DNA of 64,000 nt from an archaeon (GCA_029258795.1 JAPDKB010000007.1:32001-96000); one strand, 5' to 3'; counted from the first letter of the stretch, positions 29,479 to 38,956 are shown. The notes: generated by a model not told the origin, from the sequence alone. Numbers and translations are program-made.

Positions 29479-29613
29479 GAACGTTGTTTTGGTGGCTTAA
29501 TTTTTTAAGATTGTAAAGCTTGTTTAGGGCGTGCTCTGTGCGAGCTGTGCAAACGCAGCACATTTTTAAAGGTTCATGTACAGAAGCATGGTAAAGCGAT
29601 AGAGGTGTGTAGA

Positions 29614-30039
29614 ATGGTGGATGAGCAGCAGAGGTTTGCAAAAATCATGCAGGCGGAAATTTATGGGCAGGAGATGAAGAAGCTGGAGCAGGAATACGGC
29701 ATGTTGATGATGCGGCTTCAGGAACTGGAAAAAACCGTAAAGGCACTGGATGACGTGATCGCAAAGAAAAAATTCAAGGCGATGGTTCCGTTAGGGAGCG
29801 GTATATTCCTCAATACTGAAGTGAATGACGTCTCTCAGTTTCTTGTTGCGGTCAGCTCAAAATATCTGGTTAAGATGGATCCGAAAAGGGCAAGAGAGTT
29901 CCTACAGGAACAGAAGAAGCTTGTGGAGGATGCTGCTGAAAGGCTTGAGAAGCAGTTCGAAGCTCTGGAAGAACAGCTTCAGAAGGTCGTCAACGAGCTG
30001 CAGGAAATGGAACGGGAAACCGAAAGCCATAATGAGTGA
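29614..30039 (+). CDS. pfdA: prefoldin alpha subunit
   Basis: Coiled coil - VPLGSGIF beta hairpins - coiled coil; upstream of ftsY. Confidence 0.85.
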   Translation: MVDEQQRFAKIMQAEIYGQEMKKLEQEYGMLMMRLQELEKTVKALDDVIAKKKFKAMVPLGSGIFLNTEVNDVSQFLVAVSSKYLVKMDPKRAREFLQEQKKLVEDAAERLEKQFEALEEQLQKVVNELQEMERETESHNE

Positions 30040-30080
30040 TGGTTCATTTTTACTTTCACACTGGCGCAGGTGGAAGGAGG

Positions 30081-30566
30081 ATGGTAAGAGGAAGTGTGGT
30101 TGATGAAGCCCCTCATATCAACGATTTTGCCAAGGACCCTTACAAAGACAGAATAGTTGTCGGAGTGATCATCTATATCTTCGATGAAAAGGGCAGAACA
30201 CTTCTGTTTAAGAGGAAGAACCACCCGTATCAGGGTTACTGGGAAGCTGTCGGAGGTAAGGTGAACTTTCTGGAAAGGCTGGAGGAAGCGGCTGTACGTG
30301 AAGCGGAGGAGGAAGCGGGAATAAAGATAGAGGAGGAAGATCTCAAATTCGTGTGTGTTTTTCAGCATATAGTGAAGAAGGAAAGATATCATCGTGTTCT
30401 TGTGGTTTATGCCACCAAGGTTGATTCGTCGGTGCATATAAAACTCAGCGAGCATGATGAGTATGGATGGTTCGAGATGAATAAACTGCCGGAAAAGTTT
30501 CTCTGCGGGCCTGTGGAAGAAGCTTACAAAGTGGTGTTCGGTGAAGAACCGTGCTTAAACGACTGA
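30081..30566 (+). CDS. NUDIX hydrolase
   Basis: Nudix box GGKVNFLERLEEAAVREAEEEAG; SEHDEYGW. Confidence 0.92.
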   Translation: MVRGSVVDEAPHINDFAKDPYKDRIVVGVIIYIFDEKGRTLLFKRKNHPYQGYWEAVGGKVNFLERLEEAAVREAEEEAGIKIEEEDLKFVCVFQHIVKKERYHRVLVVYATKVDSSVHIKLSEHDEYGWFEMNKLPEKFLCGPVEEAYKVVFGEEPCLND

Positions 30567-31591
30567 AGAAAAGACTGGAGAGTATTTTCAAGGATGTGGA
30601 AGAAGAACTTGAAGAGAAGGAAGTGGAAGGGCTGGAAGGTAAAGAATCTAAGGATGGGATGGCAAAAGAGGTTAATGGTAGTGGTGAGGTTAGAAAAGAC
30701 GAGGGGAGGGCTGCTGAAAAAAGCAAAGCACTGCCATTGTTAACGGTTAAGCTTGATGAGAGTAAGCTTGATGATCTTCTCTGGCAGGTGGAGCTTGCGA
30801 TGCTGGAAAACAATGTGGCTGAGGAAGCATCTTCCTTCATCTGCCAGAAAGCGAAGGAAAAGTTGATGGGTAAGGTTGTGAGCAGAAAGGACGTTGGTAA
30901 GGTTGTCAAGCAGGCCATAAGGGATGTGATGGAAGAGCTTTTAACATGGGATGATGTTGATGTTGTCAAGATTGTTGAGGGAAGAGCGAAGGAAGGTAAG
31001 CCAGCACTCATTCTTTTCTTTGGATTTAACGGTACGGGTAAGACGACAACCATGGCTAAAGTGGCGAAGATGCTTAAAGATCACGGCTTCAGTGTCGTTT
31101 TTGCGGCAGCAGACACTTTCCGTGCTGCTAGCATAGAGCAGCTGGAGGAGCACGGTTCGAAGCTGGGTATTAGAGTGATAAAGCACAAGTACGGCTCTGA
31201 CCCCGCTGCCGTGATTTTTGATGCCATGCGCTATGCGGAAAGCAAGGGGATAAACGCTGTGCTTGCAGATACAGCGGGGAGGAGTCACGCTGACAGAAAC
31301 CTTCTGGAAGAGCTGAAGAAGATCGTGAGGGTGAACAAGCCAGATCTGCGCATCCTTGTGCTTGAAGCCATAGCTGGCAACGATATAGTGGAGCAGGCGA
31401 GGAGGTTTGAGGAGGCGGGAGTGGATGGGATAATTCTAACCAAGTGGGATGTTGATGAGAGGGGGGGAGCCGCTGTCTCAGTTTCCTACGTATTGAAAAA
31501 GCCCATCCTCTTCATAGGCACGGGACAGAACTATGAGGATTTGGAGAAGTTTGACAAAAAGAGGGTGCTGGACGAGATAATCGGAAACTGA
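30551..31591 (+). CDS. ftsY: SRP receptor FtsY
   Basis: GFNGTGKTTT, DTFRAA, DTAGR, TKWD, GTGQ. Confidence 0.95.
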   Translation: MLKRLKKRLESIFKDVEEELEEKEVEGLEGKESKDGMAKEVNGSGEVRKDEGRAAEKSKALPLLTVKLDESKLDDLLWQVELAMLENNVAEEASSFICQKAKEKLMGKVVSRKDVGKVVKQAIRDVMEELLTWDDVDVVKIVEGRAKEGKPALILFFGFNGTGKTTTMAKVAKMLKDHGFSVVFAAADTFRAASIEQLEEHGSKLGIRVIKHKYGSDPAAVIFDAMRYAESKGINAVLADTAGRSHADRNLLEELKKIVRVNKPDLRILVLEAIAGNDIVEQARRFEEAGVDGIILTKWDVDERGGAAVSVSYVLKKPILFIGTGQNYEDLEKFDKKRVLDEIIGN

Positions 31592-31629
31592 TATAAAGAT
31601 TTAAATTCTAGTTTTTTGTGGGGGTTGAA

Positions 31630-32097
31630 ATGGTGTTGACAATAAGGAAGATAAAGAGTAAAGAAATGGAAGATGTTGAACTTTCTGAGGTGGAGGCAAA
31701 GATAGAACAATTGAAAAAAGAAGTAGAAGAAAAAAAGAAAAAGGAAAAAACATTGATTAGTAAAAAGAAAGATGATGAAGAAAATAAAAAAATTAAAAAA
31801 GAAATTAGTTCGCTTCATAATGAGGTAGAAATGCTCAAGATGGAAGTTGATAAAATTAAAAATATCGAGAGCTCTGAGCTAAACCAAAAAATCAAAATTC
31901 TTGAAGCCGAATTGAATGGATTAAAACCGGTTGTCGATAATTTGCGTGCTGAGTTTGAATCCAGTGAAAAGAGAAAGGATGATTTGAACAGAATAAAAGA
32001 GCTCGAAAGCCATGTAAAGGAGCTCGAGGACAAGCTTCTGAAAATGGAAGAGACGATGCTCAAGATGCTGGGTCTTATAGAACAGCTAGTTAAATGA
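31630..32097 (+). CDS. coiled-coil hypothetical protein
   Basis: Lys/Glu-rich heptads throughout; very A-rich coding strand. Confidence 0.65.
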   Translation: MVLTIRKIKSKEMEDVELSEVEAKIEQLKKEVEEKKKKEKTLISKKKDDEENKKIKKEISSLHNEVEMLKMEVDKIKNIESSELNQKIKILEAELNGLKPVVDNLRAEFESSEKRKDDLNRIKELESHVKELEDKLLKMEETMLKMLGLIEQLVK

Positions 32098-32107
32098 TAT
32101 GATTTTG

Positions 32108-32272
32108 TGGCGAGCCCGGGGGGATTTCCAGCAGGGCTCAAAAGCCATCAGGTTTTCTTGTAGAAACCCTGATTTTGAACCCCCGACCACTGGCTCCGAA
32201 GGCCAGCGCTCTTTCTGACCGCACAGCTTTACAGAGCGTGGCCGTGCGGAGTCCAGACTGAGCTACGGGCCC
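32108..32272 (-). tRNA. tRNA-Arg(UCG), CCA encoded, two introns (32213-32250 in the D-loop; 32125-32173 in the T-loop)
   Basis: Acceptor GGGCCCG/CGGGCTC, D stem GCTC/GAGC, anticodon arm CTGGC-CTTCGGA-GCCAG, T arm GGGGG-TTCAAAT-CCCCC after removing two BHB-like flanked inserts; TATA upstream. Confidence 0.9.
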
Positions 32273-32350
32273 GCTTGATATACATCAAAATTAAGTCAGT
32301 CATTCTTTAAAATTCTTTCTCTGAAACGCAGCATGCAAAGAGCAAGAATT

Positions 32351-34129
32351 TCACTTCACCGTCACACTCTTCGCCAGGTTTCTCGGCTTGTCAGGGTCAT
32401 AACCGCGCAGCACCGCTATGCGATATGCGAGATACTGGACGGGGAGAATTGAAAGAATGGCATTTCCTATTTCGGTGTGAGGTACCTTTATGAACTCATC
32501 GAAAACCTCATGCCTCCTTGAACCAATTCCTATTATCCACCCGCCCCTGCTCTTCACTTCCATCGCGTTGCTCACAATTTCGTCATGGGTTTCATCTTCC
32601 GGGGCAAAAACGATACATGGCGTGCCCTTTTCTATCAGAGCTATGTTGCCGTGCTTTAAAGCTCCACCAGCGAACCCCTCAGCATGGATGTAGGTGACTT
32701 CCTTTATTTTGAGTGCTGCCTCCAGCGCCATGGCGTGAGATATTCCCCTTCCTATGCAAAAAATGTGGTGCTTCTCCACCATCCTCTCCGCAAGCCCGTC
32801 CAAAAAGTTTCTGTTGCCGGGTGAGAGCACATCCCTGATGTGCGGAACCAAATCCTCATAAGCTTTTCTCACTTCCTTTGCTTTCTGAACGGTTGCATAA
32901 GCCAGAGTTTCCAGTATGGCTAGCTGTGCTGTGAAGGACTTTGTGGCAACCACACATATTTCTGGGCCGCAGTTCATGAGGATTGTGAAGTCCGCCATCC
33001 TCATCAGGGTGGAGCCCATAACATTCGTTATTGCCATTATCCTGGCTTTCTTTTTCTTGGCTGTCTTAACTGCATCAAGCACATCAGCAGTTTCCCCACT
33101 CTGAGATATGGCAACAACAAGCGTCTTGGGGGTTATAAAGTGCTCGTAATATTTGAACTCGGAAGCATCAACCACATTTATGTGTTTTTTTGCCACCTTC
33201 GAGAAAATGTATGAGGATGCCAGCGCCGCGTAATAAGATGAGCCGCACGCCACAAAAAACACACCGTAAGCTTCATTCAACATGCGGGCTGCTTTCTCAA
33301 TAACCTTTTCCGGCTGCATCACAGCTTTGAGTATCGTGTCCTCCTGCTCCATGATTTCCTTTTCCATGAAGTGAGGATAACCCTGCTTCTCCGCTCTGCT
33401 CACATCCCATTCTATGATAATGGGATTCTTTTTCTTTAGGACATCCCTCTCCAAATCAATTATCCACACACCATTCTCCGTCACAACACCCATTTCGTGG
33501 TCATCTAGAAATATTGCTTTTTTCGTGTGCTCTAAAAATGCAACGGGATCACTGCATATGAAGTGGCCGTGGTCAGCCATGCCTATAACGAGGGGTGAGT
33601 CCTTTCTCGCGCATAACAACGCTTTACTGCCACCATGAGCAGCTATAATTGCATAGCTTCCCTTCAGCTCACGTATCGCCTCTCTGAACGCCATCCCAAA
33701 GCTCATGCCCGCCTTCATATTTTCCTCGATGAGGTGTGCCACCACCTCGCTATCAGTGTCTGATGAAAACTCGTGCCCCTTTCTTTCCAGACGCCTGCGG
33801 AGTTCAGCATAGTTTTCTATAATGCCGTTGTGAACTATCGCTATGTTTCCTGTGCAGTCAAGATGCGGATGAGCGTTGGCTTCACACACACCACCGTGTG
33901 TTGCCCACCTTGTATGACCTATGGCTGCATGAGCATTAACCCCATCATCAAATCTTAATGTTGCTTCACTTATAGCACCAACATATTTTTTTACCGCCAC
34001 ACTTGGATTTGAAACAAGGGCAATACCCCAAGAATCGTAACCCCTGTACTCGAGCTTTCTGAGACCGTCCAGAATGATATCCTGCAACTCCTCTCTTTTA
34101 CGTCCGATGTATCCCACTATACCACACAT
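32351..34129 (-). CDS. glmS: glutamine--fructose-6-phosphate aminotransferase
   Basis: MCGIVG, EYRGYDS, GHTRWATHG, HNGIIEN, SQSGET, PRNLAKSVTV. Confidence 0.97.
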   Translation of the reverse strand: MCGIVGYIGRKREELQDIILDGLRKLEYRGYDSWGIALVSNPSVAVKKYVGAISEATLRFDDGVNAHAAIGHTRWATHGGVCEANAHPHLDCTGNIAIVHNGIIENYAELRRRLERKGHEFSSDTDSEVVAHLIEENMKAGMSFGMAFREAIRELKGSYAIIAAHGGSKALLCARKDSPLVIGMADHGHFICSDPVAFLEHTKKAIFLDDHEMGVVTENGVWIIDLERDVLKKKNPIIIEWDVSRAEKQGYPHFMEKEIMEQEDTILKAVMQPEKVIEKAARMLNEAYGVFFVACGSSYYAALASSYIFSKVAKKHINVVDASEFKYYEHFITPKTLVVAISQSGETADVLDAVKTAKKKKARIMAITNVMGSTLMRMADFTILMNCGPEICVVATKSFTAQLAILETLAYATVQKAKEVRKAYEDLVPHIRDVLSPGNRNFLDGLAERMVEKHHIFCIGRGISHAMALEAALKIKEVTYIHAEGFAGGALKHGNIALIEKGTPCIVFAPEDETHDEIVSNAMEVKSRGGWIIGIGSRRHEVFDEFIKVPHTEIGNAILSILPVQYLAYRIAVLRGYDPDKPRNLAKSVTVK

Positions 34130-34370
34130 GAGAATGTATCGAGAACATCATTCCTTATAAATCTACATTAAGAGTGCGTATTAAACACTAAAATCCGATT
34201 TTTAGATAAGTTTTAAATAGCACCTTTTATACCATCTTGAGATGTCGATATGCTTGAAGGTAAATTTATAAATCTTATCAAAAGTTTACAGTACATTCTA
34301 ACAAAAGCTATTAAAATATTACAAATAATTTTTTAATATCGCTACAATCATTCAACCAGGGTTGTGTTTT

Positions 34371-35315
34371 ATGCCGTTCATAATAAAGGACGATGGAAAG
34401 ATTCAGAAGATGAAAAGTGCCGAGATAATAAAAGACGCCGGGAAGTTGAGAGCTCTTCTCCACGAAACACGATGGAAGATTCTGGAATTGCTGGCCGAAA
34501 AGCCGAGACACGCGCTCGAAATTGCAAGAATACTGGGGGAGCACGAGCAGAAGATATATTATCACATCAGGCAGCTTGAAAACATGGGTTTGATACGCTT
34601 GGTCAAAAAGGTCGAAAGACACGGCACGATAGCCAAAATCTATACCCTGAAATCTCACGCTTTTATACTCGACCTCCCCGGCGGGACTGAGGAGTCCATC
34701 GACAACCCCATACCTAAAAAAGACAAACATCTTTTGAAGTTTCTGCACCCCCACATAATAAACGGCAAAATCAACACAACCATTGTTGTGGGTTCTCCGG
34801 ACCCTCACGGCCCCTATCAGGTAAGAGCAAGGGACGCCCACCACGCAATAGAGCTTGCGGTTTTGCTTGGGAGCTATGCTCCGGAGGTAGAGAGGGCATC
34901 TGTTAAACTTGATGTCGAGGTGAAGGCCTCAAAAGCTTTTGATTCCAACATGATTCTGGTGGGAGGTGTGCTGACCAACACCATAACCTACGAAATAAAC
35001 CCTCATCTCCCGATAAGGTTTGATACGTCCAGCTTTCCTTTTCGTAAAATGATATCCACGCTTTCCGGCAAAACCTACGAGTATGAGACCTCCGGCCTGA
35101 TCGCGAAACTTCCCAACCCGTTCAACCCGGAGAAATCAATAATAGTTCTTGCCGGAACACGGCATGCCGGAACCAAAGCAGCGATACTTGCCTTATGCAA
35201 GTTCAGTAAAGAAGTGCTGTCAGATTATGAAGGAGAGGATTTGTGGGCGCGTGTGATAAGAGGTATGGATCTTGATGGTGATGGAAGGATAGATAGTGTG
35301 GAAGTTATTGAGTGA
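34371..35315 (+). CDS. ArsR-like wHTH regulator with C-terminal putative ligand-binding domain (paralog of 874..1782)
   Basis: HETRWKILELL...EIARILGEHEQKIYYH; IVVGSPDPHG; divergent from glmS. Confidence 0.75.
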   Translation: MPFIIKDDGKIQKMKSAEIIKDAGKLRALLHETRWKILELLAEKPRHALEIARILGEHEQKIYYHIRQLENMGLIRLVKKVERHGTIAKIYTLKSHAFILDLPGGTEESIDNPIPKKDKHLLKFLHPHIINGKINTTIVVGSPDPHGPYQVRARDAHHAIELAVLLGSYAPEVERASVKLDVEVKASKAFDSNMILVGGVLTNTITYEINPHLPIRFDTSSFPFRKMISTLSGKTYEYETSGLIAKLPNPFNPEKSIIVLAGTRHAGTKAAILALCKFSKEVLSDYEGEDLWARVIRGMDLDGDGRIDSVEVIE

Positions 35316-35359
35316 TGTGTGTATAAACTTTTTATTATCGAGTTTTCTTAAAATGGATA

Positions 35360-36394
35360 ATGAAAGAAGTGAAAATAAATATATCCATAACAATAAGTAG
35401 AAGACATTTCTTTATACTATCGGGTTTGCTTATTTTAATTGCATTAACAAATCTCTCGAGTTTTATTAAAGCGGACATTAGTAACGGAGTTTATCACAAT
35501 TTAAGGGACATTGTTACAGATATAGGGGGCGGGTTAGAGAATGTGGCAACATCGGATGGTTACATAAATTCCAAATTTCTGAAAATAACCAGAAACCTGA
35601 ACATGAATGGGCATAATGTGGTTAATGCAAACCAGGTTAGTGCAAATACGATAAAGGAAGGTGGGAGCTTACTGAGCGATAAATATGCCATAAAAAGCCA
35701 CACACACGATACAAGGTATTACACTAAAGGTCAATCAGACAGCAGATTTTTGAATGTTGCTGGAGACACCATGTACGGAGACCTAAACATGAATGGATAT
35801 AGTGTGGTTAATGCGAACAAAATTTCCGGGAACCAGTTGTGCATAGGCACAGAATGTAAAACTAGTTGGAGTGAGATTAGCGGTGGATGCGTAATTGAAG
35901 GGAGGAGAGTTTCCGATGGTGTATGGGTCATACTTGCTGATGCGGCATCAGTAGATACTAATTGTTTCTATGACTGGGGGAGAAATTGTTATAAATTAGA
36001 AGTGGTTTATAGTAGTGGGTTTAGAAGATGGGGTAGCGGTCAGAGAAGGGTAACTAAGAATGGTGCTTTGCTTGGGGTTTGTACTAGTGGCTCAGATCCT
36101 AAAACTTCCGACGGTTATTGGATTAGTGCGGGAACCGATGGCGACTATGGTGGGAATCCTTCTGCAATGAAACAATATTGCGAAAATTGTTTGGGTGGAT
36201 ACGGGGATGTAGAGCAGTTTAGTTGGTATTGGCCAAGCGGGTGTTATTGTACTCGGGTAACTTCGGATTGTCGATGTACCGGCTGTGTTCCTGCAAATAG
36301 CGGTTCTGCTGTGAAAAGTTTTGTTTGTTGTAAACCTGAAACGATATATGATGGTCTACGAGTTAGATGTGGAAGTAACACATACTATTACTGA
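35360..36394 (+). CDS. membrane-anchored/secreted fibre-like protein with Cys-rich C-terminal domain
   Basis: N-terminal hydrophobic segment, two LNMNG-x-x-VVNAN repeats, HTHDTRYY, LCIGTECKTSW, many Cys. Confidence 0.65.
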   Translation: MKEVKINISITISRRHFFILSGLLILIALTNLSSFIKADISNGVYHNLRDIVTDIGGGLENVATSDGYINSKFLKITRNLNMNGHNVVNANQVSANTIKEGGSLLSDKYAIKSHTHDTRYYTKGQSDSRFLNVAGDTMYGDLNMNGYSVVNANKISGNQLCIGTECKTSWSEISGGCVIEGRRVSDGVWVILADAASVDTNCFYDWGRNCYKLEVVYSSGFRRWGSGQRRVTKNGALLGVCTSGSDPKTSDGYWISAGTDGDYGGNPSAMKQYCENCLGGYGDVEQFSWYWPSGCYCTRVTSDCRCTGCVPANSGSAVKSFVCCKPETIYDGLRVRCGSNTYYY

Positions 36395-36418
36395 TTTTTT
36401 GATAATATTCGAAATGCC

Positions 36419-37354
36419 TCATTTTTCCTCCTTTTCCTTTATCAGCTTCACGAGCTCATCCGCTTCCTCGATATCGCTCAATTCATCCAAACCTATGGTA
36501 GCCACGCCCTCTATACCCTTCCTTCTGGATTCCCGTGTCAGGAGGAATTTGTGGACGGAACAGAAATCTGCAAAGCTTTTAAACCTCGCTACGGCCCTTC
36601 TATTCACCGTGCTGAGACAGATTTTGGTGGCAATAACTTCCTCTTCCTTTTTCTTTTCTTCCTTCGCAACATTCATCGCGTCTGCAGGAGCTCTCTTCAC
36701 AAAATAACACCTGAAGCCATACCTGAGCATGAATCTATCAAACTTTCTTTCAAGAGTTGTTGAAGGCCTTTCCTTTTCTGGCTGGAACTTCCACTCAAAT
36801 ATGTTGATGGGCTTCGTTATTCTTTCATCGAAGAAGTTTTCGATTTTCTCTACCACCTCCAGACTCGCTTTGCCTTCGCGCTCCATCAAGTATATTGTTT
36901 TTTTGGTCACATTTATTCTCTCGGCCAGATCGTCCATACTCATCTCTCTGGATTTTCTGAGGTCTCTGACCTTGGAAGCATCAACGCTTGCAATTCTCTT
37001 TCCTTTTTTGGATAATGTAAAAACTTCCTCACCCTCTATGATTCGTTTGAAGGTGGAAACAGACACCACTGGAATGTTAAATCTTTCATAAATCACATCA
37101 TCCTCCACTCTAAAGTTCCTGCCTCTCACAGCAATTATGATTGGAGTGGCGTTAAGGACAGATGCCATGGTTTTCAAATTTCTGGCCTGTTCTTCTCCAT
37201 AGCTGTCCACATTGGCAAGAACCTTCGCCAGCAGTATTTTTTCATCTCTTTTTGCTATGATATCAAAGGCCTCACGTTCCATGATCAGAATAGAGTAACC
37301 GCTCTGTAAAAGCACATCCCTGACTTCCTGTAAAAGCTTGTACTGAAGTAACAT
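36419..37354 (-). CDS. archaeal HTH transcription regulator (COG1395-like, nuclease-fold plus Cro-HTH)
   Basis: FDIIAKR..LLAKVLANVD, central LRKSREMSMDDLAERINVTKKTIYLME HTH. Confidence 0.8.
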   Translation of the reverse strand: MLLQYKLLQEVRDVLLQSGYSILIMEREAFDIIAKRDEKILLAKVLANVDSYGEEQARNLKTMASVLNATPIIIAVRGRNFRVEDDVIYERFNIPVVSVSTFKRIIEGEEVFTLSKKGKRIASVDASKVRDLRKSREMSMDDLAERINVTKKTIYLMEREGKASLEVVEKIENFFDERITKPINIFEWKFQPEKERPSTTLERKFDRFMLRYGFRCYFVKRAPADAMNVAKEEKKKEEEVIATKICLSTVNRRAVARFKSFADFCSVHKFLLTRESRRKGIEGVATIGLDELSDIEEADELVKLIKEKEEK

Positions 37355-37562
37355 ATAAATCGCACCTATTTCAATAAAATGTGGTCAATCTTTAAAGATT
37401 TTTTGAATGGAATTGCAATATTTGAATGGAGTAAGTTAGCGGTGCTTCTCGATTCTCGAAATCTTTAAAAAAACTACCTCACGATTAATACATAACTTCT
37501 AGTGGGTTGGAAAAATGAAGTAAATACTGGAGAAAAAGGTGACTGTTTCAGAGGTGTTGAAT

Positions 37563-38267
37563 ATGGATGTTGCGCCGGACATAATGGGATACGACAGGGC
37601 CATCGTGATCTTCTCGCCAGATGGTCGGCTGTTTCAGGTTGAGTATGCGAGGGAAGCTGTGAAAAAGGGTACTACAGCCATTGGTGTGGTGTACGATGAA
37701 GGTGTGGTGTTGGTGACCACAAGAAAGAAGAGCAATGTTGTCATGTCTGGTGAAAAAATAGCTAAGGTGGACGATCACATAGGCATAGCTTCTGCTGGAT
37801 TGGTGGCGGATGCGAGAATTCTGGTTGATATGGCGAGAATAAAGGCCCAGCAAAACCGCTTGCTTTATGATGAGCCCATAACTGTCAAATCCATGGCCAA
37901 GTTTCTGGCTGACAGACAGCAGCTATACACACAGTATGCGGGAGTAAGGCCGTACGGTGTATCCCTCCTTATAGGCGGTTATGATCTCGAGCCCAAGCTC
38001 TTTGAGACGGACCCTTCTGGCGTGATGCTGGAAGCTAAAGCAAGAGCGATAGGAAGGAACAGCGATAAGATAAACGAGGCGCTGGAAAAAAGCTACAAGA
38101 AGGGAATGAAGTTCAAGGACGCAGTAAAGATGGTGATTGACCTCTACAATAAACACGAGAAAGATCTGAAAATAACCAAGGACACATTTTTCGGGGTAAA
38201 GATAGACAGAGAAGGGTTTAAGGAGATTGATGTGAAAGAACTGAGCAAGCACGGGATAAAGCTATGA
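37563..38267 (+). CDS. psmA: proteasome alpha subunit
   Basis: GYDRAIVIFSPDGRLFQVEYAREAV, RPYGVSLL. Confidence 0.97.
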   Translation: MDVAPDIMGYDRAIVIFSPDGRLFQVEYAREAVKKGTTAIGVVYDEGVVLVTTRKKSNVVMSGEKIAKVDDHIGIASAGLVADARILVDMARIKAQQNRLLYDEPITVKSMAKFLADRQQLYTQYAGVRPYGVSLLIGGYDLEPKLFETDPSGVMLEAKARAIGRNSDKINEALEKSYKKGMKFKDAVKMVIDLYNKHEKDLKITKDTFFGVKIDREGFKEIDVKELSKHGIKL

Positions 38268-38956
38268 GCAGCAAAGAGATAATTGCAAGGATCAAAAAAC
38301 ATGGATTGAAGTTCGAAATCGTTATTGATAAGGACAAATACTTGGAGTACAAGGAAGGGAAGATAAAAGAGCTGCGAGATATATTGATAGGGGATGCTGT
38401 TTTTAGCGATGCGAGCAAGGCGATGCGGGCAAAAAAGGAGGATCTGGAAAAAGCTTTTGGCACCACGGACTTTTTCAAGATAGCAGAGGAGATAATAAAG
38501 GACGGGGAGGTGCAGATAACAACAGAAGAAAGAAGAAAGCTGATTGAGGAAAAGCGAAAGAGAATAGTGGATATGATTTCCAAGAGGTGCATAAACCCCC
38601 AAACCGGCAAGCCACATCCACCCCAGCGTATAGAGATAGCGATGGAACAGGCCAATGTACACATAGACCCATTTAAAAATGTTGAGGAACAATATAAGGC
38701 AGTTGTTGAAGCTCTCAGAAAAATACTGCCCTTAAGGGTTGAATACAGGGATTATGTGGTCAGAATTCCTGTGGAATATGCTGGTAAGGTAAGAAGCGTT
38801 GTTGTTGATATGTGCACCCTGAAGAAAGAGGAGTGGTCCTCAAACTACTGGTATGCTGAAATTGAGATGTTGGCTGCGATGGAGGAAGATGTGTTTTCAA
38901 AGCTCAACTCCATAACGCACGGACATGTTGAAAGCAAACTGTTGAATAAAAGGTGA
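38264..38956 (+). CDS. ribosome maturation factor SBDS/Sdo1
   Basis: FEI, FGTTD, GEVQIT, PHPPQRIE; superoperon position. Confidence 0.95.
   Translation: MSSKEIIARIKKHGLKFEIVIDKDKYLEYKEGKIKELRDILIGDAVFSDASKAMRAKKEDLEKAFGTTDFFKIAEEIIKDGEVQITTEERRKLIEEKRKRIVDMISKRCINPQTGKPHPPQRIEIAMEQANVHIDPFKNVEEQYKAVVEALRKILPLRVEYRDYVVRIPVEYAGKVRSVVVDMCTLKKEEWSSNYWYAEIEMLAAMEEDVFSKLNSITHGHVESKLLNKR

Noticed and set aside
31531-31818. Phe-rich 'membrane' ORF
   Set aside because: Reverse complement of Lys/Glu (AAA/GAA) codons of the coiled-coil gene
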